DNA of 56,223 nt, from the IMG/VR virus record IMGVR_UViG_3300011008_000036, positions 625 to 56,847 of that record. The stretch is one strand, 5' to 3'. This document shows positions 9,400 to 21,100 of this stretch, in pieces. Under the pieces are notes generated by a model that saw only the letters and a program-made list of their open reading frames with translations, had not been told where the DNA came from and searched no databases. The translations under genes were made by a program, and so were the position numbers. Each line of letters begins with the position of its first letter. Position 1 is the first letter of the stretch. The DNA is from a virus. Lineage: Duplodnaviria > Heunggongvirae > Uroviricota > Caudoviricetes.

Positions 9400-10428
9400 T
9401 TGGAGGTTTTTAATGTGTCTGAAATTGAAAGTTTAAAAGAAATGATTATGCGTTCAGAAAAATATAAATTTATACATAATAAAAATATTTGTTTATTAAT
9501 ATTTGGGGGAAGTTGGGCATACGGGACAAATAATGAAAATTCTGATATTGATTTAAGAGGAATTATTTTAGAACAGCCAAACCAACTTATTGGTTTACAT
9601 TCATTTGAACAAACTATAGATTCCAATACAGATACAATTTTATATGGATTTAATAAAGCTATCCGATTATTCATAGATTGCAATCCTAACACTATTGAAA
9701 TGTTAGGTTGTGATTCTGATCACATTCTACATATGAATGAAATAGGAAGGGAATTGTATGATAATCGTAAATTATTTTTATCCAAAAGATGTATACGTAC
9801 ATTTGGTGGATATGCAAATCAACAGTTAAGAAGATTGAAGAATGCTTTGTTTGATAAAGTTAGTGAAGAAGAAAAAAATAATGATATAAATAAAACATTA
9901 AATTACCGTATAGATGAAATTGAAAATAAAATTAAATCTGTGTCGGGTAATATGAAATTAGTTTCTTCAACTTCAAGTCCATATACAAATGAACCTGATA
10001 TTTATCTTAGTGGAAATCTTGATTATTTTCCTGCACGAAATTTAAATGGAGTATTGAGCGAATTACATAGTATTATTAAAAGTTATGATAAATTAACTGG
10101 ACGAAACAAAAAGAAAGATGATGAACATTTACGAAAACATGCAATGCATTTATTTCGTTTATATTTTATGGCTTTTGATATACTTAAAAAACATGAAATA
10201 ATTACATATAGGAAAGATACCGATCCAATTTTATTGGATATTAGAAATGGAAAATTTTCAAAACATGATGGTACTTTCACAGATGATTTTTGGAATTTAC
10301 TAATAGAATTGGAAATACAATTAAAAACATTGTCAGAAACAACAACTTTACCAGATCATCCAAATTTTGATGAAATTGAAAAATTTGTTATGCGTATAAA
10401 TAAAAGAATCATTAACAACGATATTTAA
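9400..10428 (+). CDS. DNA pol-beta superfamily nucleotidyltransferase (RlaP-like); likely true start GTG at 9415
   Basis: GGSWAYG...SDIDLRG motif, NPNTIEML, helical C-terminal domain. Confidence 0.85.
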   Translation: MEVFNVSEIESLKEMIMRSEKYKFIHNKNICLLIFGGSWAYGTNNENSDIDLRGIILEQPNQLIGLHSFEQTIDSNTDTILYGFNKAIRLFIDCNPNTIEMLGCDSDHILHMNEIGRELYDNRKLFLSKRCIRTFGGYANQQLRRLKNALFDKVSEEEKNNDINKTLNYRIDEIENKIKSVSGNMKLVSSTSSPYTNEPDIYLSGNLDYFPARNLNGVLSELHSIIKSYDKLTGRNKKKDDEHLRKHAMHLFRLYFMAFDILKKHEIITYRKDTDPILLDIRNGKFSKHDGTFTDDFWNLLIELEIQLKTLSETTTLPDHPNFDEIEKFVMRINKRIINNDI

Positions 10429-11868
10429 ATGAGGTGTAAATTTATGTATACAATTACAAAAACAATTAAAACCATCAATATGGAAGAAATTCCTGAAGCT
10501 GTGAAAAGATGTTTTAGATTATTTAAAGTTTATCAACATGAAACATATCTTGTTGGTGGAAGTGTTCGAGATATGTTACTTGAAAAAACACCTGAAGATT
10601 GGGATATTGCAGCAAATGCTTCAGTTGATGAAATTGTTAAAATTTGTCAAAATGTTTTTAAAACATCAGTGTATAAAACAAGATGGCAAACAGTAAGAAT
10701 TCAAGATGTTACTGAACCGAACATTTCCATTGAAATAACTCCATATAAATATGGAAATGATTTATATACTGATTTGTTACATCGAGATTTTACAATGAAT
10801 GCAATAGCTGTTGATGATAGTGGAAATTTCTATGATCCGTTTGGTGGAAGAGAAGATCTTGAGAATAGTCGTTTAAAATTTACTAATGGTGATATTATCG
10901 AACGAGTTAATGAAGATCCATTACGATTATTGAGAATGCTTCGATTCTTAAGAGAATTTCATCTTACACTCGATGCTGATTTAAAGAAAGTAAACCAACT
11001 ATATCCTTTATTGGATAATATTAAACCAGAAAGAATATTTCCAGAATTGTGTAAATTTTTATTGGTAAAAAGAAAAAATAAATTTGATGCTTTTCAGGAT
11101 ATAATTTGTTTCAAAGATATCATATGTGCAGCAGTTCCAGAATTAAAAGTATGTGAAGGATATAATGTTGGACTTTATCAAACACAGAGTGATGATTTGT
11201 ATAGAGTTATCATGAAGAATATCGATATTTATACGGGTGATGACATAATACTAAAACTAGCACTACTATTTCATGATGTTGCAAAACCTTATGTTGCAGA
11301 ACATCAGTTCTCGCAATGTGATAAAATTAATGAATATTTTAATCACAAATATCGTTCAGCCGACATGGCAAATTTACGATTATTGCAATTTAGATGTTCA
11401 AATAAAATAAGAAATTGTGTTGTTGAATTAATTAAATATCAAGATAATTTTGTGAAACCAAATAAAAAATCAATAAGAAAATTAATTCATAAATTAGGAA
11501 TTGATCAAGCTAAAAGATTAATACTTTTTCAAGATCTTATTACTCATTTTGGTGAGAATAATGTTTCATCAACTTTACTTGAGAAAACACATGATGCTAA
11601 ATTTATATTTTATGAATTAGAAGCTGATTATTATAATCATATTGGTGTGTTTAATATCAAAGATCTCAATATAAATGGTTATGATTTACTTAATATGGGA
11701 TTTAAAGAAAATCATCTTATTGGAGTAATTCTAAGACATATATTGAATGCTGTGTTAGAGGAAAAGATTGAAAACACATATGAGGATTGTGTAAATATGG
11801 CTAAATTGTTAAAGAATGTGTATGAAAAATCTGGTAAAATTCCATATCATGTTACATTTGAAAAGTAA
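10429..11868 (+). CDS. cca: CCA-adding tRNA nucleotidyltransferase with HD domain
   Basis: LVGGSVRD, DWDI, HRDFTMNA, EDPLRLLRMLRF, LFHDVAKP, C-terminal LNINGYDL. Confidence 0.9.
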   Translation: MRCKFMYTITKTIKTINMEEIPEAVKRCFRLFKVYQHETYLVGGSVRDMLLEKTPEDWDIAANASVDEIVKICQNVFKTSVYKTRWQTVRIQDVTEPNISIEITPYKYGNDLYTDLLHRDFTMNAIAVDDSGNFYDPFGGREDLENSRLKFTNGDIIERVNEDPLRLLRMLRFLREFHLTLDADLKKVNQLYPLLDNIKPERIFPELCKFLLVKRKNKFDAFQDIICFKDIICAAVPELKVCEGYNVGLYQTQSDDLYRVIMKNIDIYTGDDIILKLALLFHDVAKPYVAEHQFSQCDKINEYFNHKYRSADMANLRLLQFRCSNKIRNCVVELIKYQDNFVKPNKKSIRKLIHKLGIDQAKRLILFQDLITHFGENNVSSTLLEKTHDAKFIFYELEADYYNHIGVFNIKDLNINGYDLLNMGFKENHLIGVILRHILNAVLEEKIENTYEDCVNMAKLLKNVYEKSGKIPYHVTFEK

Positions 11869-11902
11869 CATGTTTATATTAAAAAGGATGTGAATTGAAA
11901 TC

Positions 11903-12226
11903 ATGTTGAGTGAATTAGAATTAATGTCGTATGGAACACTAATTATATTAAAACAAATATGGTTGGTTCCAGAAGAAAATGTTGAAGAAGATAAACACTA
12001 CAGTATTTGTTCATACTGTGGAAAACATTTTCTAATCCCAGAAAATAGTTTTGTTGATTGGGTTGGTAGTTCTAGCTTTGACAAAATGCATTATTGTTGT
12101 GAAGAATGTTTAAATACCAAATTCCCAGAATTAATTCCAACAATGAATGGTTCATTGGAAGAACAAGATGTTGATGAAGTATCAAATCAGATGAGAAATA
12201 TGATAACTGAAGTTTTAGGTAAGTAA
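11903..12226 (+). CDS. Small acidic zinc-finger protein (paralog family member 3)
   Basis: CSYC...CEEC, ends ITEVLGK. Confidence 0.8.
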   Translation: MLSELELMSYGTLIILKQIWLVPEENVEEDKHYSICSYCGKHFLIPENSFVDWVGSSSFDKMHYCCEECLNTKFPELIPTMNGSLEEQDVDEVSNQMRNMITEVLGK

Positions 12227-12259
12227 TAAAAATTTTAAAAATTTTGGAGGTAACTAAAG

Positions 12260-12565
12260 ATGAGTTTAATGTTAAGAACTGAGTGGTTAGTTAAAGAAGG
12301 AGACAAGATTCCTTCTAATTCAACGGCAATGAAATGTATCTCATGTAGAGACTTGTATGCTGTTCCAAATAATGAAGTTGATGGTTTACAGATGTTTGAT
12401 GATGAAGAATATGGAAAATTACCAATATGCGAACATTGTACATTGGAACAAGTAGTGGATGTTGTATTCTTTCATGATGATCCAAATGCCGAAGATGAAA
12501 TGGATTATTATGATGCGACAAACGCTCCAGTTGATGTTATTGTTGATGAAGCTTTAGGAAAATAG
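12260..12565 (+). CDS. Small acidic zinc-finger protein (paralog family member 4)
   Basis: CISC...CEHC, ends VDEALGK. Confidence 0.8.
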   Translation: MSLMLRTEWLVKEGDKIPSNSTAMKCISCRDLYAVPNNEVDGLQMFDDEEYGKLPICEHCTLEQVVDVVFFHDDPNAEDEMDYYDATNAPVDVIVDEALGK

Positions 12566-12570
12566 TTTAA

Positions 12571-12610
12571 TAATTATGAAGAATTCCAATATTGGAATTC
12601 TTCATAATTA
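12571..12610. terminator. Terminator-like palindrome
   Basis: TAATTATGAAGAATTCCAA/TTGGAATTCTTCATAATTA. Confidence 0.65.
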
Positions 12611-12694
12611 ATATTATTAATACAAAAAGTGTTTAATATTTCAATGATATATTATATATGTATACAAATATAATATCGAAAGGAGTTAAAAACC

Positions 12695-13027
12695 ATGTTT
12701 GATTATTATTGGAAATTTGTTTCAATTGATCCATCTAAAGGTCAGATGGAATGTTGTGTGTTTCGTTTGTGGCAAGTGCATGGTAAGAAAATAGATTTAT
12801 CATCACTTATTAAACAACTTGAACATATATTGGCAACATTTAAAATTGAATATGATGATAATGGTATTAATTTATATACAGATATTATCACATGTAAATC
12901 GTTAATGGTTTATCAAATGAAAATGATTAATTTATGCGAATGTTATGATCATGATAATGACTTATATTATGAAATTTCTCAAGAGTTGTCGGATGATTAT
13001 GATAATTTTATAAATAACAAATCATAA
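12695..13027 (+). CDS. Hypothetical protein (110 aa)
   Basis: SD AAGGAG, upstream TGATATATTAT motif, terminator hairpin at 13031-13068. Confidence 0.75.
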   Translation: MFDYYWKFVSIDPSKGQMECCVFRLWQVHGKKIDLSSLIKQLEHILATFKIEYDDNGINLYTDIITCKSLMVYQMKMINLCECYDHDNDLYYEISQELSDDYDNFINNKS

Positions 13028-13108
13028 TAATTATTAGAGATTATCCTTTATTGGATAATCTCTAATAATATTTTTTTTTTTTATTAATATTGAAAGGATT
13101 ATATAGTT

Positions 13109-15317
13109 ATGAGTAAATATAAAAAAACTAAGATATACACATTTAAATGTGAAAAATGTGGACAAAATTATACAATTACACAACAAGGTTTAAAATTACG
13201 ACAAAATAAAAAGTATCCAAATCTTTGTCCAAAGTGTTTAAAAAAGTATTTAAATAATTTGAACAAAGTTCCAGATTTTTATGAATTGGAATGTGAAAAA
13301 TGTCATAAAAAATATAAAATAAGTAGAATTAATTATAACCAAAGGAAACGAATGAATAGACCAAACTATTGTCAAGAATGTGCTAAACAAAACGGTATAA
13401 ATATACGAAAGAAAAATAATGTAAAGAAATCTAAAAAAGAAAAAGAAAAATTAAATAGACGAATTAGCAAATCATTGAAAAAATATTTTGCTGATAAAAA
13501 ACAACCAGATATTATTGAATTAAATTGTGATAGTTGTTATAGAAAATATACTATTACAAGATCAGCATATAAAAATAGAATTAAAAATAATATACCAAAT
13601 TTGTGTCCAGAATGTATGAGAATTCATAGTAATAAATTAATAGGAGAATCTCAAATAAAATTATGGAATGAGAAATCACCTGAAGAACAACAAAAGCAAA
13701 TTGATAGATTATTCAATATATCTGATGAAAAGAAATTACTTAAAAATCAAAAAGCTGCTAAAACTAAAAGTATTAATTATCAAAATAAAACTAATGAAGA
13801 AAAGAAAGAATATTATTAATTATCAAAATAAAACTAATGAAGAAAAGAAAGAATATTCCAATATTCGTAAAGAATCTTGGAACAGAAAAACAGAATTAGA
13901 AAAACAAGAATTTATACAAAAGCAACAACAAATTTGGAATGATAAATCACAAGAAGAGAAAGAACAACAAATTCACAATTTACATGATCTTACAGAAATT
14001 CAAGAATTACTTAGAAGATCAAAAATATCTGCTAAACATAAATTAAGATATGAAAACCAAGAAGAACGCGATAGAACTGGAAAAGCTGTAATTGAAGGAC
14101 TATCTAGAATGTCAACTGAAGCTAAAATTAAAATGAGATCAACTCAATTGGTAAATTCTAAAGGTAAAAATCAATTTCATAAAGATTTTGAAAATTTATT
14201 TAATACTTCAGAATTAGCTAAACAATTCTATTTTAATTGTGAAATACCTATATCTAGTAATGATATAATTCATTTTTGGGATTATGGAATATATAACAAA
14301 CATGGTGATTTAGAATTATTATTAGATTTAGATGGATCTTATTTTCATGCTGATCAATGTGATTATAATGGATATTATTCAAAAGAAGAATATGATGAGA
14401 AAAGATATTTATCTATTCCAAATAATATTAAATCATGTATTATATATGAAAATAAATTTGATGATTGCTTTAATTATTTAGAAAAAATATTAAAACTATC
14501 ATATGATAGATTTATAAAAAATAAATATGAATATTTTAGAAATGTTGAATTTCCATATCCTAAATATTATAATAAAGAATTACAATCATCATTCAATGAT
14601 TTATTGAAAATGAATTGTGAAGATAATCATCATATTAATAATTTATCACTTAATACCAGATTAGGTGATCGATTAATTTACCATTTTCATCCTAGTATAT
14701 TTAAAGATCATTATAATGATAAATTATCTCCATATGATATATGGAATGATAATAAATCTTTAATGAATTTAATGAATTTAATTAAATCTAATGCATTATT
14801 ACATAATCATTTCAATATGAATAAAATATATCAAAGTTTTAATTTGAATAGTAAGATTAGATTCATGAGTGCTGGACGAGCTAAATTAATTATTAATAAA
14901 TATCTGAATGATTATGGTATTATATTTGATCCATATGATAAATATTCAAATATATTATTAGGAACTATATCATCTGATAAAGAATATATTGGAATATTTG
15001 ATGAAGAAATAAAATTTAGTGAATCATTACAACTATTAATATTCTTAAGAAATGATTTTAAAGAATATGCTAGTAATGCTAAAATATACTATAATGATTA
15101 TTTCATAAATAGTAATGTTTTACATTATCCATGTTTATTCACATCATTATATGATAATAATAATTGTGATGATATGATTACCAGATATATCGATAGATAT
15201 AAATGTAATAAATATGTATTTGTAGTTAATAATACAGAGAAGTATGTAAATAATATAGTGGAAATAATTAAAAATAAAAATTATTATGATGAATATATTA
15301 TATTAATAGAAAAATAA
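13109..15317 (+). pseudogene. Triple Zn-ribbon + Vsr/EDxHD-like nuclease + degenerate methyltransferase fusion, frameshifted by a 43-nt tandem duplication
   Basis: Duplication at 13771-13813/13814-13856; removing one copy gives a single 721-aa ORF; nuclease motif WDYG...LDLDGSYFH. Confidence 0.75.
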
Positions 15318-15352
15318 ATATAATGAGAAGCATATCAGCTTCTCATTATATT
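15317..15352. terminator. Bidirectional terminator-like hairpin
   Basis: ATATAATGAGAAGC/GCTTCTCATTATAT between convergent stop codons. Confidence 0.7.
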
Positions 15353-16705
15353 TTAATATTTAATCATATCTTGTATTTTTCTTTTTAATTCAATAAGAAC
15401 TTTAGTTGCACACATTATTGGTACTATGCTAATTGTCATTCTTCTACTAATTGTACCAGGAGTCAGTAACAAACTAACTTCTTCTTCAGGTCTAAATTCG
15501 GAAAACATTTCATATCCCTCAGAAATAGTTTCACTGACCACCTGTTTATTGGGACCATATATGGCAATCTTATCACCAATTCCTAAAATGTCTTCATGTT
15601 CTATATAATATTCTATAAGAACATCACAGCCTTTATTTCCTTTTATTGAGTTATATTTATTTTTAATAACTTCAGCAGAATCAGTTAACATATATCCAGC
15701 TTTCATAACTCCATCTGAATCATCAAATTTACTCAAATAATCTTTTTTCTTTTTTGCCATATCAAAATAATCTTGTACAATTTTACCCAATGATTCACTA
15801 AGATCTTCTGGTGGCAATAATGTATAAATCTTAATATCAATAATTTTTCCAGCATGCATTGATTTTAATTCACTTTTAGTTTCTTCTTCTAATAATGCAG
15901 CATTATCAGCAGATAATTTACTTAAATATTTTGCGATTTCATTATCTTCAGTTGCAATATCATATTTTATCAAAGCATCACCAATTCCAACATGATCACC
16001 AACTTTAGCCATATATATAACATTATTATTCTTTTTCAATTTAGCAATTTCTTGATATACAATAGCAGTTTTCATTCTTTTACCAAAATCTTCACTACAA
16101 ATTCCAGCATCTTCATATGTGGAATACATACTCATGATTCCAATTTTTGTTAAAGGTCCAAATGCATATCTTAATCCATGCATTTTTGAATATTTAAAAA
16201 ATTTTTCATGATATGCCAAAGGTTCATCTTTTTTAAAAGTTTCACCAACTTTAGTATGAACTAATTTCATTTGATTTGGCATATAAAAACCTGCTCCAGC
16301 ATTATGTACGATTTCCGGTCTCATTGAAATAGCTTTTGATTTTCCTGATTTATATTGTACAACTTCAAAACCTAATTCTTCGTTGATATCAATAACTTTA
16401 CCATCTTCTTCTGCATTAATAACAAAATCATCTGATAGATTAAATTGGATTGCTTCATCATATCCATTACTGACCAAGCAATATGATGCATCTTCAATTG
16501 GTATCGTGTGACATGCTTGCTTTACAGCAATGCTTACTCTGATTGAGTCATCGCCTCTACTTGATCCAGGCGTAAGCATTTCAATCGGACTTATGACATT
16601 TGTATCTTTCAATTCATTGATATCATTTACTTCTTCACGGTACCCACGAGCATTAGCAATAGTAGGTTCTGTTGCTAATTCATGAAGGATACCGACATTC
16701 TTATC
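15353..16705 (-). CDS. rpoB: RNA polymerase beta-like subunit, exon 2
   Basis: DKNVGILHEL, AVKQACHTIP (RMQKQAVP equivalent), GIGDKIAIYGPNKQVVS, TISRRMT. Confidence 0.88.
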   Translation of the reverse strand, partial: DKNVGILHELATEPTIANARGYREEVNDINELKDTNVISPIEMLTPGSSRGDDSIRVSIAVKQACHTIPIEDASYCLVSNGYDEAIQFNLSDDFVINAEEDGKVIDINEELGFEVVQYKSGKSKAISMRPEIVHNAGAGFYMPNQMKLVHTKVGETFKKDEPLAYHEKFFKYSKMHGLRYAFGPLTKIGIMSMYSTYEDAGICSEDFGKRMKTAIVYQEIAKLKKNNNVIYMAKVGDHVGIGDALIKYDIATEDNEIAKYLSKLSADNAALLEEETKSELKSMHAGKIIDIKIYTLLPPEDLSESLGKIVQDYFDMAKKKKDYLSKFDDSDGVMKAGYMLTDSAEVIKNKYNSIKGNKGCDVLIEYYIEHEDILGIGDKIAIYGPNKQVVSETISEGYEMFSEFRPEEEVSLLLTPGTISRRMTISIVPIMCATKVLIELKRKIQDMIKY

Positions 16706-18113
16706 CAAATCACCTATACCTTTCAGCACAGGATTAGACTATATCTTTATCAAAAAATAAAAGGATTGATTATATTATTTATAACAATCCTTTTATCAAT
16801 CTTGATATCCTCCGTTTCCATTTAAGAGATTCCAAACTCACTTATATTATATTAATATAAGCCGTACTCTACTAACTAAATTATTTAGCTTTTCGATAGT
16901 CGTTGAAGGTTTAACTTATAATATTATTAATATTACAATTCCATATATAATTCAGAATCTATAAATATTTCATATCCTTGACTTATCATATCATTAATTA
17001 ATTTATTTTTATTAATGATATATTTAGAATCTAATAAAATATTTAAATCTATATTATTAAATATATTTAATTCTAATAATATATTTTTTAATTTATTATA
17101 TTTAATTTTTTCAGATTCATATTTCTTTTTATAATCAATATTATATTGAGAAGAAATTGATTTCCATGTACCACCATGTATTATACTTCTAATCAAATGT
17201 TTATCAATATTCAATATTGAAGTTATCAATTTCATTGAAACATGATTTTCTAATAATTTACATATTGAATGAATTTGATTTTTTGTGTATTTTGTATAAT
17301 AATAAGGACTTTTATCGATATCATATAATTTAGATATATCTTTCCGATTTTCCCCTTCTTTTATTTTACGAATAGTAGAATTGGCAACACCAGTAATTTT
17401 GACAATTTCGTTCATAGGAATTTTCTTTACTAACAATTTACAAACTTCATGAATCTGTTTATCAGAATATATACTATGATAATGATTTTCACCTTTTTTA
17501 GATAAACCATTATCATATGCATGTCTCATATTTTCTTCACGAGTTACCCATTCAAGATTTTCAACTCTATTATCATATTTTATCCCATTAATATGATTTA
17601 CTTGGTTTTTATTAATTGGATCATCGTTTGGTATAAAAGCATTTGCTACCAGACGATGAACTAATTGATGAACTTTTTTGCCATTGATATAAATGAGAGC
17701 ATCAATATACCCATGATTATATGAAACCATTTTTCTAACTTTTCTAGTTATTTTATTTCTAACTTGTCCAATATTATTAACTTCGTAATTAGTTGGAATA
17801 TCATCGATAATAATTTGTTTCCAAATTATTGAATCATTGTAATTATCAATATTTATTAGATTCTTATTCATAATAAATATATTCTCCTTTATTAAGAAAT
17901 TTTATATTATTATGAATATAATATATGATTATATATTTTAAAATAAATAATATAAAGTTACTTCCCTGCGGATTATCCAATCTTTAATATTTTTACCATA
18001 CATGATTAATTAAATCATCCATTATATTATCACTAATATAATTTGGTAATTAAAGCTCTAAGGAACTTCCCGCAATTAAGAGGATTTTACTCGACCGATA
18101 ATTGGAATTTTTT
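16706..18113 (-). mobile_element. Group I intron with HNH endonuclease ORF
   Basis: P1 CUCGGCU/GGUCGAG with U.G; P10 GAUAA/UUAUC; P 18068-18077, Q 17965-17974, R 16896-16908, S 16737-16747; terminal G at 16706; junction TSA|DKNVG is in frame. Confidence 0.92.
16933..17871 (-). CDS. NUMOD4-HNH homing endonuclease (intron-encoded)
   Basis: WKQI...YEVNNIGQVR, VHRLVANAFIPN, VNHINGIKYDNRVENLEWVT; paralog of 42272-43018. Confidence 0.92.
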   Translation of the reverse strand: MNKNLINIDNYNDSIIWKQIIIDDIPTNYEVNNIGQVRNKITRKVRKMVSYNHGYIDALIYINGKKVHQLVHRLVANAFIPNDDPINKNQVNHINGIKYDNRVENLEWVTREENMRHAYDNGLSKKGENHYHSIYSDKQIHEVCKLLVKKIPMNEIVKITGVANSTIRKIKEGENRKDISKLYDIDKSPYYYTKYTKNQIHSICKLLENHVSMKLITSILNIDKHLIRSIIHGGTWKSISSQYNIDYKKKYESEKIKYNKLKNILLELNIFNNIDLNILLDSKYIINKNKLINDMISQGYEIFIDSELYMEL

Positions 18114-21100
18114 AGCCGAGGTAACAGTTGTAAGCTTACCAATACTTGATGGATCATAAGATCTTTTTTCTTCATCATATGAATATTCACTATTAGAACC
18201 TTTAAAACCTTTAGTGGATATAACTGATGATTTGTGAACTTCAATTGCTGGTGATAATGTTGAATAAGCTTCTACTGTTGGTATATCTGTAGTAAGTGTT
18301 TGTAAAACACAATTTTCTCGAATTGACATTGGTAATTTTCTACCACTTTTAACATATGCTTTATATTGGGCATTCAAATGATTATATAATATTGCTGGAA
18401 TAATTTCTATAGATCTGACTCTATATGATTTATCGGATGCTTTTGATACTGATGCATTATCGCAAAGTAATTTTACTCCATGAATTACTAAACCTGATGG
18501 AGTATCAGGAAGCATCATATCTTTACAAATTGATTTTGTTATCGGATCTATGAGAAATTCTTTAAAATGTTTTAATTCATTAATTCCATTATAAGATCCC
18601 CACTTAGAATAAATAAATTCATCATAAAATTCTTCTGTTTGAGCTTGTTCAAATGTAAATTGTTCTGGATGTAATTTGGATAATCCATTCATTATTAATT
18701 CAGCATATGTTTTTGCTTCATATTCTAAAACACCATTTGCAAATCTAATATATCGTTTTGTATTATTTGGAGATGGAACTTTTTTTACATCTGGAATAAA
18801 TCTCCAATGAATATTCATATTTTGTAATGCTTGTGTGAATCCATCCCAAATAATTAAACAAACCGCTACTGGAATAGGTTGACCAGCTGCTTTACATTCT
18901 ACGAACATTGACTCCGATGGACCTTTTAATCTTGAATATATTTCTTTATATTTATCTGGTAAATGTTCTGCAATAATTTCTGTAATAGTGTGACCTTCTC
19001 TATCCAATCCAGTATCTTCATTTATATATATTGGAGAAGTTCCATGATAACCAATGAAGAATTCATTTCCTTTAGCTGGTTGATTATTAAGTTTTATAAT
19101 TTTTGATTCAATACTATTTGAATTCTTTAACAAATCTTTTATATGATCACGTGAAAAATATATTACACAATCATTACATGTGAACGAGAATAGTTTTCTT
19201 GATAATTCATCATATTCTAATGATGAAATATATTTTAAATTTGATTTGGATGAATCTCCAACTGTAAATATTTTATCATTGGGATCTATTTTTTTATTTA
19301 ATGAAAATACTTTTTCAATTGCTGAAAATGATTTTGTTCCAATTCTTCGGATTGTAATTTTGTTAAAATTGGTTGTGAGTATTACTGTATCTGGAGTATC
19401 CTTTACTAATGGATTATAAAAATTTTGTTTCAATATGATATATTTGGTACCTTGAATTCTCATAAAACGATTATTGATAAATTTTGGAATATCAACTTTT
19501 ATTGTATGCTTCTTTCCAAGTTCATCTTTCAATGAAACAGTCCAAGTATCTTTATAATCTAGAGTAGTTGATGTATCTTTGATGTCTATTCCTGTAATAT
19601 AGAATGGAGTCTCTTTGTCTTTAAATGAATCAAACACAGCAACTAAATCTTTCAAAAATAAATTATCAAGATAAGTTTTTTCAAAATTTGCAAATTTCAT
19701 TTTATACAAATTTTGATTTGTTGTGTGTAATACTTTTGATAGGTCTTTTTCTTCCAATCTGACATTGTTTGTATCACGTTCTAAAATTTGTTCAATTGTT
19801 TCACTTCTGATAACAACTTTCTTTTGTTCTTCTCGTAATTTTTTATCACGTTCTGAATTTACTGGAGCTACTTTATTTGTATTATTGATTGGAACAGTAT
19901 TAGATTGAATCTCATCAAGTACTTCTTCAACCACATCTTCATCCTGAACAATTTCTTGAACATCATCTGCTATGTCTTCTTCCATATCATCAAATTCATC
20001 TTTATGTTTTTCCTCATCATCATAATCAGTTTCAGAAGGATCTTCATAATCGTCGAAATCATTTTCATCATCTGAAAGTTTTGATATTTTTTTATTATTA
20101 AAAATATTTTCCGTTTTTTTCCCAATTGAAGTTAACGATTTTTTATCTTCTGAATCAGCATCTATTTCAACTGATAATCCTGTTGGGGTTGCTAATTGTA
20201 AATAATCGCCAGCAATACTTTTGAAGAAAGATTTAGCTTTATCAGATAGCGGATTTTTTAAAACATTTCGATGAATTAATGATCCCTTATTCACAGGAAT
20301 TGCTTCTTTTCGATCTGTTTTAGCAATTGATTTTGCTATTCCTATCTTTTCAGAAACTTCTTCTTTTGTCTTTTTTATTTCATCATCTTTTTTAACAATC
20401 TTTGCAACTTTTGTACGAATTTTCTTTTCAATAGCATCTTGTAATACAGCTTTTGTTGAACCAGATACATTTTTCACGAATGGTTTTATTCGTTCTTTTA
20501 TAATATTACTCATGATGATATCTTTACTAGTTTCTTCAAGTTCTTTCTTTTCTTCACTGGTGAAAGTTTCTGTCAAATCATCAAGATTTTGTTTACAAAT
20601 AACAAATAGACCCTTTCGGAAATTGTTCCAATCCATCATTGATAATTTTGATGGGTTAAATTTCATAAATAAATTATCTGAACAGATCAACATGTCCATA
20701 TTAACATTTAAACTTTTTAAATCACGATTACGTAAAAATGCTAAATATAATAAATATAATGGATTTGTTCGCACGTCATTTAATTTAGCTGATCCAATAA
20801 ATCCAAATCTATTTGCGTCAATAATTAAAATTCTATTTCCATAATTTAGTTTTCCATTATTTACTGTATTGGGAGAATTATCTTTTAAGATTTGACAAAA
20901 ATCATGTATGTATTCAGTATATGCTCTTTTAAGAGATACTGAAGAAAGTAATTTCTTTGTATTTTCATAAAGATCATTACATGCAAAAAATACATTCTCG
21001 TTTCCCGATTGCAATAGCATTCTTCCAGGATAAGGTTTAATTTTAGTCTTTGATATTAATAAACTATCTCGATTTTTTTTATCTAATACTTTATAACGAA

